64,000 bases of DNA from Haliotis rufescens (GCF_023055435.1 NW_025963791.1:25730001-25794000); one strand, 5' to 3'. Numbered from the stretch's first letter, positions 38,022 through 52,172 are shown. The notes: a model not told the origin generated them from the sequence alone. Made by a program: numbers and translations.

Positions 38022-39485
38022 GTTGCGAGTCAAGCACCGCAATATAGGTTACCGTTTACCTGAAATATGGAAATGTAATTATGTAGGTTGTATGTTTGTG
38101 AGTACATATACTACACATCTATGTGTACGATGTCGCGTCTAGACTGCCCTAACATACGCACGACCGCGTGTGTAACATTGGTCTCGCAGTGGCAGTACAC
38201 AGGCTATGGAGACCGAAGACTCCTATAGGGTAACTGCACACGTGAAGTTAAAACAGAGACCATATTCGATCGGTATATGGTCTCTGGTTAAAACCACTTG
38301 AAGTCCACGATAACACATTTAGGTCAAACTGGTCGCAAGTTAACAAGATGCTACCGATATAATTCGAAATCCTACCTTCTCGGTAGAACGCCAGGATTAG
38401 TTTGAGGACAGAATGTGTATAACACAATACAAAGCCATCGGTCGGCCCACACTAGGGGATTCCCCTTCTCAGTTCGTTGACAAATCTGTAGGCTTAAGGC
38501 TCTCTATAAACACGCTGCGTTGCCCACACACACCATGTAGGAAAACATACAAGCACATGCTTTGTTTACAATCCCTATGCATATAACAACTAAACTTCGA
38601 TCTATTTAGCCTGTGACAGCATCGTGACTGGCTAAGTATAGTATATTATGCAAATGTTTCTAAAAATAGATACCTATGTATACCGACTTTTTGTTTGAGG
38701 TTCATAGTTCAAGTTGATTGACGTCAGAGCTGACGTCAAAGAATCTATTGATAGTGATATTGTTTACCTTTCGTATCTGACAAACAGAAAGGGGATATAG
38801 TACACCCAACGATATCAGCGTGTACTTTGCTCTAATTACAGTTGAGTAAACATATGTTGCCCAATTGTACGAGGTATCTTATCAATGAAGCTAAAACCAG
38901 TACATATTAAACGATTAGTTTATGACGAAAGGTTCGATCATAATTTGATTGTAAATGAAAATGTGGAGTTTTAATGGAGGAATCGCGGTTTTGAGACGCC
39001 CCCCGATATGGTTTACATAACTTCCCAGAAGGTTGCCAGGCAATCTACCACCAGGGGACTCGTCCTCATGCATAACTGGGTACTGTCACAGACATCGACA
39101 TTCTCGTATTATCACAGTTACATCATGATTAATATGATGGAGATATAATACACTGAAAATCGTGGATAACAGACAACAGTATCGGACCAATCGTCTGACA
39201 TACATTTGGTAGTTTTTGCTGCAGCTCATTATTAACATAGGATTGAACATGGCTTGTGCCGTTATCTACTGGGAGCCAGAGATGGACGTCTCATAAACAC
39301 TAACTTGAATATAACTCAAAGTAAATCCCGCACACGCAAACAGTGTAATGATGAAGGATCCCGTTTGAAATTCGCGATCTATGTTCATTCCAAAACGTAA
39401 TAACTTCAAATGTGGCAGTAGTTTTTAGACATTTTGGTAAAATTATCTTGCCCCTCGTTTTGACGTATGTTTTGAACTTCAAATA

Positions 39486-39616
39486 TAAGTAAGGATAAGA
39501 ATTTATGGATGAACAACTTCTTTATTACAATTTAAGAGCGACGTTTCGGTGAAGGTTCTAACACCGTTATCTTATCCTTACTTAGTACTCCAACTTCTAA
39601 ATGCCTATCAAAGAAG
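39486..39616 (-). mobile_element. Penelope-like pseudo-LTR fragment with an inverted terminal segment
   Basis: GATAA-CGGTG...CACCG-AAACGTCG and AATAAA on the minus strand. 39570-39616 is an inverted copy of the family's downstream part. Confidence 0.6.
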
Positions 39617-39624
39617 TTTAAATG

Positions 39625-39720
39625 CAGTAAACTACGGTTATAACGAACTCAAAGGGACCACAAATTTCGTTATATCCGCCAGTTCGTTATAAGCGTGTTC
39701 GTTATAACCGTAGTTTACTG
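39625..39720. mobile_element. pogo/Tigger-like MITE
   Basis: 24-bp TIR CAGTAAACTACGGTTATAACGAAC with TA on the right flank. A second small Tc1-like MITE lies at ~39797-39920. Confidence 0.8.
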
Positions 39721-41211
39721 TACATGTAAAAAGGGATGGTAATTATCAGAGTTAAATCCCCTTCTTGAAATATCCCCATCCGCATCAGTATATATACTAC
39801 TCAAAAGAAGTTAAAGAACACCGATGCTTCATATTACTAAAGTTAATCATGCAATGCCATGACAGGTCAACAATAATAATAATATGAAAGAATCATGTGC
39901 CCTCTAACTTTTTTGAGAAGTATATATGCACCAAAATGTTTTGTTCACTGTGCATTGCATGCGTTATGCCTATTATGAAAACGTGCTTCTTAAGTGTGTT
40001 TTAACGGTTACAGTGTGGATTTATATTTTGAAATAAGGTAAGATATCCAAAGCAAATTCACTTTTGAATTAAGTGCCAATTATTACGGGCCCTTTAACAT
40101 CGATATATCACCATGTATGAAACAGAATTATTTATTTTACGCCGCACATCCTGCTTGGAGTCTTATCACGATATACATGTATACGTGTATGTCTACACGA
40201 GGGCCATATCAGACGTTCACGGATGTAGCCAAACATAAATCTAGTTGCTGTGCTATGTCTAATTTATCAAGATGTCCACTTTCGTCATCAAGGGTGGACA
40301 GATTTTGTATAGTTATATTTTTATCTCAAAATATTAAGCAATTCGCAAAAATAATAAAGTTAGTCACGCGCGTGCAGTCATATATTGTAATGTAACGCAA
40401 TAATGCCAACTGCAGCATATCACGACATCCATTTTAATGCCACACACACACACACACACACACACTATATTTTGGTAGAACAAGTACATATTTCATTTAT
40501 CGTGAATGAATACTAACTTGACGCCGAATCAGCAATGTGACAAAATTATTCACGACGAAACTTGACAGATTAACTGTAGTAGCAGAGAAGAACCCATTAT
40601 TCTTTAACTTCTTTTGGGTCGGTAGTATATATTGTTACAATCAAACCTCATACAAAACACAACACGTTACAACGCGGACATTTAAGAAAGATGGTTGTAT
40701 ATTTGTGGTAGAAGAAACAGCATTCCTGCCACGATTTCGAAGGTGCTGAAAACGGATATTCCGGTCACACGAGGTGCACCTCAAATTGTCATGACTCTAC
40801 GCGCCGCAAACTACTATAACGCCCTGTAACCTGTCTTTGGGATGTTTCGGCATTCGGAAAAATCAACATTTTTGGTGGAGCAATTGAACGCTGCCACATG
40901 ATTTTAAAGATGCACAGTTTGCACGCGCAGCACAACTTTGTTCAAAGTGGTTGTGTTACATGTTCAACATTGTGTTTTGCCACCAGATATTTATTTTGGA
41001 TAAAATATGGTTTGAACACCCAACAGCTAGGAGATCAATTCAAAGTTGATCATCGTTTACTAGGTTCGTGCTCAAAAGGTGATATTGCTGTTATAACACT
41101 ATTGCGTTTTTAATGCTGGCGAGTATGTGAAGAATGTAAGGCGGTTGTACTTATTGTAATACACCCCCTTGAATAGGTTTTCCTCATAAAGAACGTTATT
41201 GGTGTATATTA

Positions 41212-41350
41212 GTACTACTGTTGCCATTACTATATACACTGCTACTTTTACTGCCGTTGCTATTTCTATTGCTGCTGCTGCTACTACTACTACTACTGCT
41301 GCTGCTCCTGGTATTGCCATTGCCATTGCTACTGCTACTGCTACTGCTGT
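41212..41350. repeat. Degenerate (CTR)n trinucleotide microsatellite
   Basis: CTA/CTG/TTG runs, which explain the poly-L and poly-A/T ORFs in the track. Confidence 0.9.
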
Positions 41351-42595
41351 GTTACAGAAAATGCATTTCGTCTTCTCATAAGAACAAAAAAAATGAAGGC
41401 TGGAAGTTGTTTTGGTTACATGTCAAAACGCTAAGAGACACATCTCTGCATGTTGGTTAACGTCTATTAAGGCCGGCGCACAACTTCGGGAATTCCCCCT
41501 TGAACGAGCACACGGTGATGTAACTGAAATTCAAAACTACTTTAAACTCACTCACTCACTCACTCCGGTGGTCGGGCTCGCTGACTTGGTTGATGCATGT
41601 CATCAATCCCAATTGCGTGGATCGATGCTCATGATATTAATCACTGGACTGTCTGGTCCAGACTCGATTATGTACAGACCGCCGTCATATAGCTGGAATA
41701 TTGCTAAGTGCGGCGTTAAACAACAAACCAACCAACCAATCTTGGCTTGATCGTAGCGCAACCAGTGGTTATTACGAGTTATGACCCTTCTATGCCCCTA
41801 CTACTGACCAATCAGATTCCAACTCTCATATCATTTACATTTGCTTCTAACAAAATGACGGCGACCAGTCAAGACGATCTCATCGATCTTCATTGTACTA
41901 AAACGGGCTTTAACTCGCGAAGTGTATCACATCACTTGAGCACCTTGATTAAAAACATGAAAACATTTGGAAAATATCTGTCGACGCCGAGTTGACGGTA
42001 CACATGTTCTGCAAATCCTGCAATCGAATGAATTCGGCGCGGCAGTTGTCATGTTGTTAATAAACCGGGATTTCGATTGGACTATGCATGAACTCGTCAG
42101 TCCTGCGAAAATATTAACTCCTTAATTCCAGCCTAGTTCGGCAATGGTGGAAATTGGACTTTTAAAGTCAGTTAACTCTCTTGCCTCGGGAAGATGATTG
42201 GTATTTGACTTTTGACATTATCCACATTCCACAATAGATAAACTAGCAAGAGTCATTCCAATTCAGGCCCATTATCCATCCTCATTGGTACATTTCCTCC
42301 CCAAAAGCCCATGCCATTACAAAGCTCAAGTCACATTGCTTAAAGTTCAAAGGATAACGTGTAAAGTTCATACACATTCCACATATTGGGTTTGTGAAAT
42401 CACGTGCATACTGCAGTAGAATTTCAAAGCAAATCGTTGATTAACTGATTTATGACCTTATTGTTGTTGTTCGTCCATGAAACACACATAGCAGGCGTTG
42501 TTGAAGATGACTAAACATAGTGAAACTGAATTAAACCGGAAACCTAACCTTCCGGAAATTACTGCCGGGGACGTTTATACAATTTCCGTGTTCCT

Positions 42596-42850
42596 GACCC
42601 GTGAAGATCCGGGATAGAATAGGTCTTCAGCAACCAATGTTTGCCGTAAAAAGCGACTAGGTTTGTCGTAAGAGGCGACTAACGGGATCGGGTGGTCAGG
42701 CTTGCTGACTTGGTTGATGCATGTCATCGTATCCCAAATTGCGTGGATCGATGCTCATGATGTCAATCACTGGATTGTCTAGTCCAGACTCGATTATTTA
42801 CTGACCGCCGTCACATAGCTGGAATATTGCTGAGTGCAACAAACAAACAA
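42596..42850 (+). mobile_element. Family B retroposon, full length
   Basis: Starts GACCCGTGAAGATCC. A 5'-truncated copy also lies at ~41567-41738. Confidence 0.9.
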
Positions 42851-44145
42851 ATATTACCATGTTCCCATTATTCGTAAATCCTGACATTTGTTAATCCGGA
42901 CGATTTCAGTGGGGACCGTCTGGATTAACGGAGTTTCACTTTGTGCCAAATGTGTGTCCTGTGCTTGTGCGGCGTCAGGCAACACACTTACCTTTATATG
43001 CCAACTGTGCGAGTGGCGGTTGCGACCGGTAGATCAGGACATGTTTACCCTTTTCGCGAACACCTGGTGTTATAATTGGTTCCCAGTGATCCATTCATAT
43101 AATTGTAACCACTATTTTGCCTCTAACGCCCATTGAAATCTGTTTCGGCAGGTAATCGAGTCTGATTATTCTCTGGCGTCCAAAATGTGTCCTTGGCCCT
43201 AAAAGGATCCGGGTCATCGATATGCGTTCAGAAGTCGGTAGATCCTTGAGAGACGAGATATTGGATTTCAACGTGTAGTCTTTGTACACAACCCTTCGAG
43301 TCGTCTGCTTGCCACTTCAATCGGCGAAGGCTACAGGTAGAGCACTGCCCTCTAGACATATACAGGTACCTATGTGTATCCCTGATACCTAACCTAGGTG
43401 TAACTGCCTTGCAATATTATAATACTTTGTTACACAGTGGTTTTTGTTTGGTAATATGATCTCTGTTATCTGTCTCAAGATACACCATCCCCAGCCCTCT
43501 CTGCATAAGGACAAGCACTGAGCCTGTTAATGGAATGTCATTTTGTAACTTGAAACTCCACAATCTCTGCTCAAATCCGAGCACATTCTGACCGCTGAAG
43601 GATATAGTATATAAAGTTGTTCAAGGTCCCTGCAATGTTTGTTTAATGACGCCGTGGTGACCTTGACCTTCGATGGTTTGTCGGCATCAACTAAATAGAG
43701 ATATCGCATGTATGCGAAGTTTCTTTTCAAAGGGGTATTGATTAATCATTACTAGTACTTATTCCTAAAACGATGAATTTTAATTGTCATTCATTATCAA
43801 ACAAACAGACCAGATATTCTGTGTGACATGGCTATGACTCATCCCCCACCTCACCCCCACCCCACACACCTCAACCCCACCCCTATTTCTAGTAGTGGTA
43901 CATGATACTGGAACCGAAACAAGAAATGTCACCCTGACACTACTTTGTATACCGTGAATATATATAATTTCATTATAAGAACGAAAAGACAAGACCGGAC
44001 CTTTAAAACAATAACTTATTCACCAATGCACGAATAGACTGAAATAATTACTACTGTATAAAACAAATCTATCAAACAGTACCAATTAGTAGATCTAAAG
44101 TGTAGACACAGTTTATAAAAGCCAGCGTCTATTACTCTCAGAGGC

Positions 44146-44409
44146 GACCCGTGAAGATCCTGGGTAGAATAGGTCTTCAGCAATCCTTGCCTGCCATAAA
44201 AGGCGACTATGCTTGTCGTAAGAGGCGATTAACGGGATCGGGTGGCCAGGCTCGCTGACTTGGTTGATGCATGCCATCGATCCCAATTGCGTTGATCGAT
44301 GCTCATGATGTCACTCACTGGGTTGTCTGGTTCAGACTTTATTTACGGACCACCGTCATGTAGCTGGAATATTGCTAAATGCGGCGTTGAATAACAAACA
44401 AACAAATAA
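44146..44409 (+). mobile_element. Family B retroposon, full length
   Basis: 10-bp TSD TCTCAGAGGC fixes the 5' end at GACCCGTG. Confidence 0.92.
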
Positions 44410-46399
44410 TCTCAGAGGCCGGGCTCGACATTAACTTTGCATGTACACGTGTTTAAGTCATAGAAATATATAGAAGGTATTCAACATCCTCATCCTCATC
44501 CCCATGATGTCGTCTACGACATCCTATTACATGGATAGACGTGAAACACAATCCCTCAACTATACAGTTAAGGATCAAGGTTATGGGTTCTAGTACCAGA
44601 CTCGTCCCGATAATGACCATTCTGCCTACATTATTCCCGTGTTCATGGGTTTGTGAACAACCGACGTGCGTCATGTCCACGGGCTGAGCAACGTTGTGCT
44701 TCCCTCTAATGAGCATGATGTAAGCGAGATACTGGTCGAAGTGGAGCTAAACTAGCTCACTCACTCATAACTCCCACAGCAACCCGAACTCCGTCGTGCC
44801 CGGGAATAGATATGTGTGTGGCAAGCCCGCAGAATGACCCTGCGTAAGGTAGCCATAAATTTCTCTGACAGTATCCAGCAACACGACGCACTCTTGCATG
44901 ACAATATTTCTGACAACTGAATTTGAATACCGACACTCTCTGTCCAATAACTGCCTAAATTAAGGGATTGGGCGATTTAACGACATTGTTAAGGCACGTA
45001 ACTGTCACACTCGATATTCTCAGTTGACCTAAATATAGTTCGCATGACTCATGCCCCGGACACGGTAACGTCAATGCCTTGTTCAATGACGATTGGTTTA
45101 TCGATAAAGCAATCCATAAATACAAACACATTCGATATATCCAATATCATTATCAAAACGTGGAGTGACCTAAAATGGTTGGTATTATGTCGCAAAAGTC
45201 AAATGGAGAACCATCTAGGTCAATGTCTACATGCATGAACGACTTCGGATCAAGACACGCATATATTAGCCAAATAGAAGTCTGATCTCACATTTCACAT
45301 TTTGAGGTATGTTATGTTACGTAAAACAAGCATTTTTCATTCCCATGGTAATATGACATACTTGTCACTGTATAATAATGTCAAAATCAAATAAACAACA
45401 GATGACACTCACTGCTTATGACCATACAGGTGTACGTGACGTCTATATTCCAAGAATGTATTCCAGTTGGGAGTTGTTTCCGTATGAAGAGGGATCTAAG
45501 TCTCCACACGTTTCACTACACCGATAAACTGTTCCATGTCAGAGGTCATGTAGTCACGTGACATGTCGTCTGCTGACGCGGCATGTCATAGATCGTTATG
45601 ATGACATCGGTTCGCGGGATTTATAAACATACGATAATGATGTCTAAACTACAACGTGTCGATCTTTGCAATGGTTTACAACCTTCCGTCGACAAAAGGA
45701 GGATTTTGATAAGGGTAGGTTGGTTTTTAACCAATGAGGACCGACCCGGATGTTTTGGGCATTCTTTAATGAATGAATTTGCGGAGGTTTTATCATGAAT
45801 CGATTGAAAGATTAAAAGGAAAGCGGAAAACATCTCACACACAAAACAGCTCAAGGTTACGTTCATTCAGTACGAAATACATTTTCCTTATATTAATTAC
45901 TTCTCTGTGATATTAAATATTGTCATGGCGAGGCCCCTGAGTATTTTTGGTTAGAATAGATCCCCATTCCCGAGCAACCTATAGTCGTAAGCGGCGACTA
46001 AATGGATCGGGAGGTCACACCCGTAACTTGTTTCATTGTGAATCGTCGTACCCCACTGCACACATGTAATATTGACATGAACTGTTTTTTCTGCTCAAGA
46101 TTCCATTATTTACAGGACGCCGCAATACATCTCTATTATCTAGTGTATCATATCGTCGTGCTATTATGATGTATGATACTATGAAGATTTAATATAACGT
46201 ATAACCCAAGATGCCGTCAACTAAACCAACAAAGCCCATACATCATATCATAATCTTCATTGTAAAGTGCTCTCCCACGTTCATACCCATTTGTATATAG
46301 TTTGACAAAATCCCTTTTATAATATAGCCTTAAAAGGTACACACAAAGTTACACACAATTTCTTGCCTGTAAAATTGATATCCGCGTGTAGCGTGTACA

Positions 46400-47508
46400 A
46401 TTCAAACAAGGTGCGTCAGGCTGTCATTCATAAGTCCGCGAGAGGCTTGTTTCTGGCAATTTCGTCAATAAACCAGACAATTCTGAGGATTTGAATAGCT
46501 ATTGTTTTGCTATTCGTTGACTGCGTTTTACAAAGCTTTATTGTCCGACTCTGCACAAATGTGTGGCTTTGTATACCGAGTCACGCAGCTTGCAATATCG
46601 ACACGTGGCGTTTTGGGGGAAGTAATTATGAGTGCGATATATACAAGAATAATTTATTATATACAAGTAGATAAATACAAGACACTATATATGTGACAAT
46701 CAGCACAATCATTACTTGATCTTATTCTAACATATCGTGACAGACTGAGTCTTGAATAAAGATGGACATAACATACATCATCTCGATGAGATTTAATAGC
46801 ATCATTCACGGCCTTGGACCAGCCTTTCTTATTTATAAATTGACAATTATTGACATAGTTAACAAGTGTATCACTTTGGTTATACTTCTGTACAAGCTGT
46901 AGCATATTATATATCGGAGATTTTCTACTCCATACATTGCATGTAAAACTATCTGTACACATAAATTGACCCATTGAACTAGAACCATTACTTTAAAAAC
47001 ACAGTTATACTTTGATTACATAGCTTTCTTAAGAAGTAGAGTGCTCTTTTATCTATGTAATACTGTAGTGGCATGATGCCGATAGCATCCAATACACCAA
47101 TACTGGGAGTGCGACTGTGTAGTCCCTGAACTTTTTTACAAAATTGACGTTGTAATTGACGTTTATATACTCTTTAAGAGGAAGTTTACCACAAACGCTG
47201 CATCCATAGAGAGCACATGATAAGATTACCATCTCCCAGATACGTGCTGCAGATAAGGGATTCAGACCACCAAAGTACAACCCATTATTATGGTTAGTGT
47301 TGATGAGTACACGTAACTTTTCGCATGCAGATTCTGTACGTTCAAGTGATGATTTATCTATACTAAGATATACACCTGCATATTTAATAGATTTCGTTTG
47401 TGGAACATGCATATCGCCAATTGATACATTAGTGGTTTGAACCTTATTGTTTGGGCATCCAAAGTATAGAACTGCACTCTTGCTTACATTATATTTCAGC
47501 TGCCACAT
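46400..47508 (-). mobile_element. Decayed non-LTR retrotransposon (RT C-terminal/thumb; RTEX-like)
   Basis: WQLKYNVSKSAVL, KYAGV and GLNPLSAARIW...ALYGC motifs, with frameshifts downstream. Confidence 0.75.
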
Positions 47509-48238
47509 ATGAGGCTAAGGTCATCTGACATGGCATCTTCCCGAGGCAAGTGAGTTAACTGGCTTTAAAAGTCCAGTGTGGGTAGAAGGAAGATGCTGAC
47601 ATGGATAAAGTCTTGAATATATACAACAGTAATTAATGAGCAAAGACATAGCACACCTCGTTCATGTAAATACAATACAATGGTGATTAACAATGGGAAT
47701 TAACATCATATAAGTAATGGCCGTTGAGTGATTCTAGAGTCGTACGCCATTCATACCATGGCTACATGGTAATTAACTGTGGCATTAAATGTTCATCCTG
47801 AAGACGGCTGTCCGGAATCGGTCACTATGACATCTTTGCATGTTGCTCGTATACCCTGTTCGCACTGATCTTTCCCTATGCCACCCAGCACTGTTGCATG
47901 TGCACGGCCCAGACCCCAGTATGTTTAGGCTGCGTGATGGCTCGGGAATGATGCTGACATTGTATTTTGGAATGAACAATTATTGACATACAGATATAAT
48001 TGACGTCCCAGTGACGTTAAACCTGTAAAGGAGCCGTTTTAAATCTTATATGGAAATACTAGTATATAAAAAGGATGTTACATGTTACTGTGGGTTGTCT
48101 TGTGGCTTATCAATAGTAGATGGATGTACACGCATTTCTAAGGATAGCTTAGTTTGTAGATAACAAGCGCGTTTTGAATTTCCTCTCCCTACAAAAAGTC
48201 TAATAAATGCAGCGTCGATTCTGGTGGCCATTAAATGT

Positions 48239-51200
48239 TCACTGCTCATGTCTCTTGGGCACTGTCTGTTCCTCCTGCTCGGTGTGCTCCGTAGGGACAC
48301 TTTGTCGTGGGTGTCCATCCCTCAGAGTCAGTCTGTTGCTCAGGGCCGCTGCCGACATCCTCTCCACCAGCTCGTAGTCTCTGACTAACGACAACTGCAA
48401 CACCGTAACGCGAGGTTAGGATACCGGAAGTAATATGGCCGCTATACCAACAGTATGACACACGCAAAAGCGCGGCCTGGCTGGCCTTGGGATGACGTTA
48501 TCTGTATTGTTTAAGGTTCAAGGTCAGTCATATTGGCCAGAGGCAGGCTTTATTTGCAGGGCAATACACCCTGCCGAGGGACAATATGACTGATAGAGCA
48601 TTGATACGCTCAAATCCCGTATTGCCCCTACATTCTCGTATCTAAAGTTAAACAGGTTTTACCGTTCATCCCATTATTTCAGCAGTGTAGCAGGTGACGA
48701 ACGCTAACGATCTGCTAGTTCTATTTAATATTGCTACGTAAGGACGAACCACAATTACGGCTGAGAGAGGTCTGGTAATAGAAGAAGAAGAAAATTGTTT
48801 ATTTTTGTCTCACCCATGGTCACAAAATACATAACACAACAAGATAAAACATGGCCACCCATTCAGGGTTATGAGAGACATTTAACATATAAACAAATTA
48901 TAAATTAAATCACATATTTAAAACATATAAGTATTGGGTCACACGAGCAACCTGCACTTACAATATCAAATATTACCCACGATATAATATCTTAATATAA
49001 CCTGCAATACAATGCTTAAAGACGACCCGCAGTGTAATATTCGGATACAGACCGCTGGAAACAGTGCTTTGTAAAAGTAATAAATTAATATTATATTATT
49101 ATGATATATTTACATCCATACGTCGTCGAAACATCAGGGACACTGGTGCAGCTATAGGCAATGTTGTATCTCCTCGTTTTGCATAAGGTAAACAAACTGA
49201 TTAATTTTGGCTAAATATTTATTTTGGTAATACAGACGCCATATTACGTTGCCTCATTACAAGGTCAACCAGCCCGCAGTGAGACACTGCTGACGGGTAG
49301 GCTAAATGACTAAGTATCAGGTGGTTTGGAGGAGTTACACAGAAAACTCGCTTACATGACATACTCAGAGCCATTGGCAATATGTCGACTAATCTGTAGT
49401 TCGAATCAAGCCGGATCTCTGCCAGAGCTATAAAGTTACATTTTCACGAGTGGGACTGAATACAACAAGAATTAAATTTAAACCATAAATCAATTTTCTT
49501 ACTGGCGGATTGTGGAGCTCATGATCCTGTTCCGCCGTTGTTGTTTCAGCTAAGTGCAGGTCTCCTGCAACAATATCATGAATGTTGTTTCATCAATGTT
49601 GCGCACTCAGCATATTCCATCTTTATCAAGCTACACGTTTCACGTAAATTTCCGGTGTAGGCTGTACACAATCCCCGGGTACAGTATCGTCGTCTCTATT
49701 ATTATGTGTTATTTAGATCAGATAAAATAGCATACCCATACCTTCTGAATTGATCATATAAAAATTAACTTTTCCCGGTTGGCCCCGACTTTCAACATAC
49801 TCTACCCTTCTTGCTGGACTCTTGTTTCAATTAGTTTGTTTTACTGTCGATTCGTGAATAGATGACGGTTCTATCAACATTGAAAACCTCGTCATCCTTA
49901 CCTCCACTCGCTCTGTTACTGGCATGACCGCTGTCAGTTGATGCGACTGAAACACGATCACGAAAACAATATATGTCGACTATTGAGTGAGTGAGTGAGT
50001 TGGATTTTACGCCGCTCTTAACAGTATTACAGTTATATCGGGCCGTGTCAGCTTAATGTGGGAGGAAAGCCCGAAGTGATGCAGACCTCAGACGTTTACC
50101 ACTTCGGTGAAACCCACGAGCACAGGTATGGTGCTGACAAACCTAGATACATAATCGGGGCGAACCGGGTTTCGAACCCACATCATAGGTTTCTGGCGTG
50201 CCCAAGGGAAGCAACTCTGTACAGCGAATCGCGGCGCCTCGACTGTTGAAAAAGCAAAAGAAGAGAGTTACAGTTGGACCGATAAACTGAATACAAGACA
50301 CACACGAAATGACAATTTTACAAGCAGATTATACCTTTCATCTCTGGCATGCACAACGACATATTAGTAGCGAGTGCGTTTGGTTTAACGAAGCTTTGAA
50401 CATTAATTTACCTCACGTCGTGACTGGGAGGTGGGATAGCCTAGCGGTTATATATAGAGTTCGCTCGTCACGCCGAAGCCGCGGGTTCGATTCCCCAAAT
50501 GGGTACAATGTGTGAAGCCCCTTTCTGGTGTCCCCTGCCGTGATACTGCAGGAATATTTTCTAAGAGCAGCGTAAAACTATACTCACTCACGTTGTGAAA
50601 GCTAAACCACTTTCCTACCCAGAGTTCCTTGCGTTCAACCTAGTACCTCTGCATGCGCAATTTCTCATCACATCTTACACAGTCCATTAAAAAAATCACA
50701 TTATGGTTTTCATCTGTTTTATTTTTGAAATGTCTACACATTTACAAAAATAGTGTTTTTAAGTGGTCATCTTTTACTGAGAAAATATCCTGGGGAAACC
50801 AACGGGCATGGGTATGGTGCTAACAAACCGAGGATTATAATCTGGGCGATTCCAGGAATCAACGACCAGCGGATCCTGGAACGGTCAATGGATGTACCTC
50901 TGCACAGCGACAAAGGGCGAAAGAGTGTGAAATTCTAGACCACGTTGGATGCAGAGCAGGTGATAGAGCATTATTATTATTACTCATATCAGTTGTTTCA
51001 AGGTTTATCAGCACCATATCCATGCTTGTGGGTTTCACCGAAGTGGTAAACGTCTTAGACCTGCATAAATTCGGGCTTTCCTCCCACATTAAGCCGACAC
51101 GCCCTGATATAACTGGAATAATGTTAAAAGCGGCGTTAAACCCAACTCACTCACTCACTCATATAAGTGCCAGGGCGTCAGTGAGTGTGTTAAAGGTAGA

Positions 51201-52052
51201 CTTTGCGTCGGCAATATCCCACCCATATAACGACGAGAACAAATCATACATTCATAAAAGACACATTAGAACATTAAGGTAAATATCACCAATTGATTCG
51301 GTGTAAATCAACTGGATAAATGTAAATCATTTCTAGACATAATTCATACATGTATTGTGTATTAAGTGATGAGACTGTATTAATCTGACACCATAAAATC
51401 GAAATACCACTTTCTGTCGGAACTACTTTCGGTATGCTTCAACGTAAACACGCGTGTGCGCGTGATCGCAAGTCAGTCTGGTTGTTATTGAACTTATCGT
51501 GCGAAGTGATTGAAGCGTCATAAAATCTCGTGAGCGTGCCAGATTGTGGCAAATCCAGCTGTGCAGCTGTCATTCAAATTTCGACCACTGTTTCAGATTC
51601 GTTTAATTGAAGTACAGAAGCACCTTACCCGATATTCTAGCACCAACTGCTTGTAGACTCTCGTCTCCACATGACTTGAGAACGCCGGCCACTACTTCGT
51701 CTATGACCCCCTGGAGCTCCCTGCCCAAATCTTGTATGCGCATAGCCCTGGACACAAGTAGGACAGGCCCTGCACTAGCTACACTCTCCGAGTTGGGACG
51801 AGAGTCAATTCCTTCGTCGGACCCAGAGTAACGTTTCCGAGTTTCCCTTTGGTCCTGGTGTAATTTGAGTTTGGAAGCTAACGCTTTATTTGCGCAACAC
51901 TGGTTTAAAAGGATTTCCAAAACTTCTTTGTGTATGCCATCAGCGACATTGTCGTCCCATGCAGACATTGCGTCACCCAATGTTGTCGTCAGATCATCTG
52001 GGTTTACACCTGAATTGTGCATACTTAAGTTAGAATTTGTCACGACCACCAT
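48239..52052 (-). CDS. Uncharacterised ~228-aa protein with DSGxxS-type motifs, 4 coding exons
   Basis: Exons 52052-51629, 49946-49902, 49564-49503 and 48394-48239. All three donors are GTAAG, phases 1, 1, 0, and the joined frame is open. TATA at 52172-52161. The start could instead be the ATG at 52022, and an optional 38-nt exon 49393-49356 is possible. Confidence 0.7.
49984..50245 (-). mobile_element. Family D SINE (duplicated at 52663-52923)
   Basis: Matches 17865-18139. Confidence 0.88.
50990..51156 (+). mobile_element. 5'-truncated family D SINE private to duplicate copy 1
   Basis: TSD ACTCATAT; empty site at ~53663-53672 in copy 2. Confidence 0.88.
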
Positions 52053-52160
52053 GACATATAATAATGCAGAATCGTAAATACCCGAGTAAACTGTGCCCAA
52101 AATAAATGCCGGATTGATTGACGCACCAAAAGATATGTCTTGTACAAAACGCCAGCAGCG

Positions 52161-52172
52161 TGTATATATAAA
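52161..52172 (-). promoter_or_regulatory. TATA box (duplicate at 55109-55120)
   Basis: TTTATATATACA ~110 bp upstream of the ATG, conserved in both copies. Confidence 0.55.

Noticed and set aside
41099-41460. Poly-Leu and poly-Ala/Thr ORFs as signal-peptide proteins
   Set aside because: Trinucleotide microsatellite.
43120-43332. Possible minus-strand exon with in-frame TGA (selenoprotein?)
   Set aside because: No partner exons, no SECIS seen and no redox motif.
51603-52100. Single-exon 165-aa ORF as listed in the track (also 54551-55048)
   Set aside because: TTG start. A GTAAG donor at 51628 and in-frame downstream exons indicate a spliced gene.
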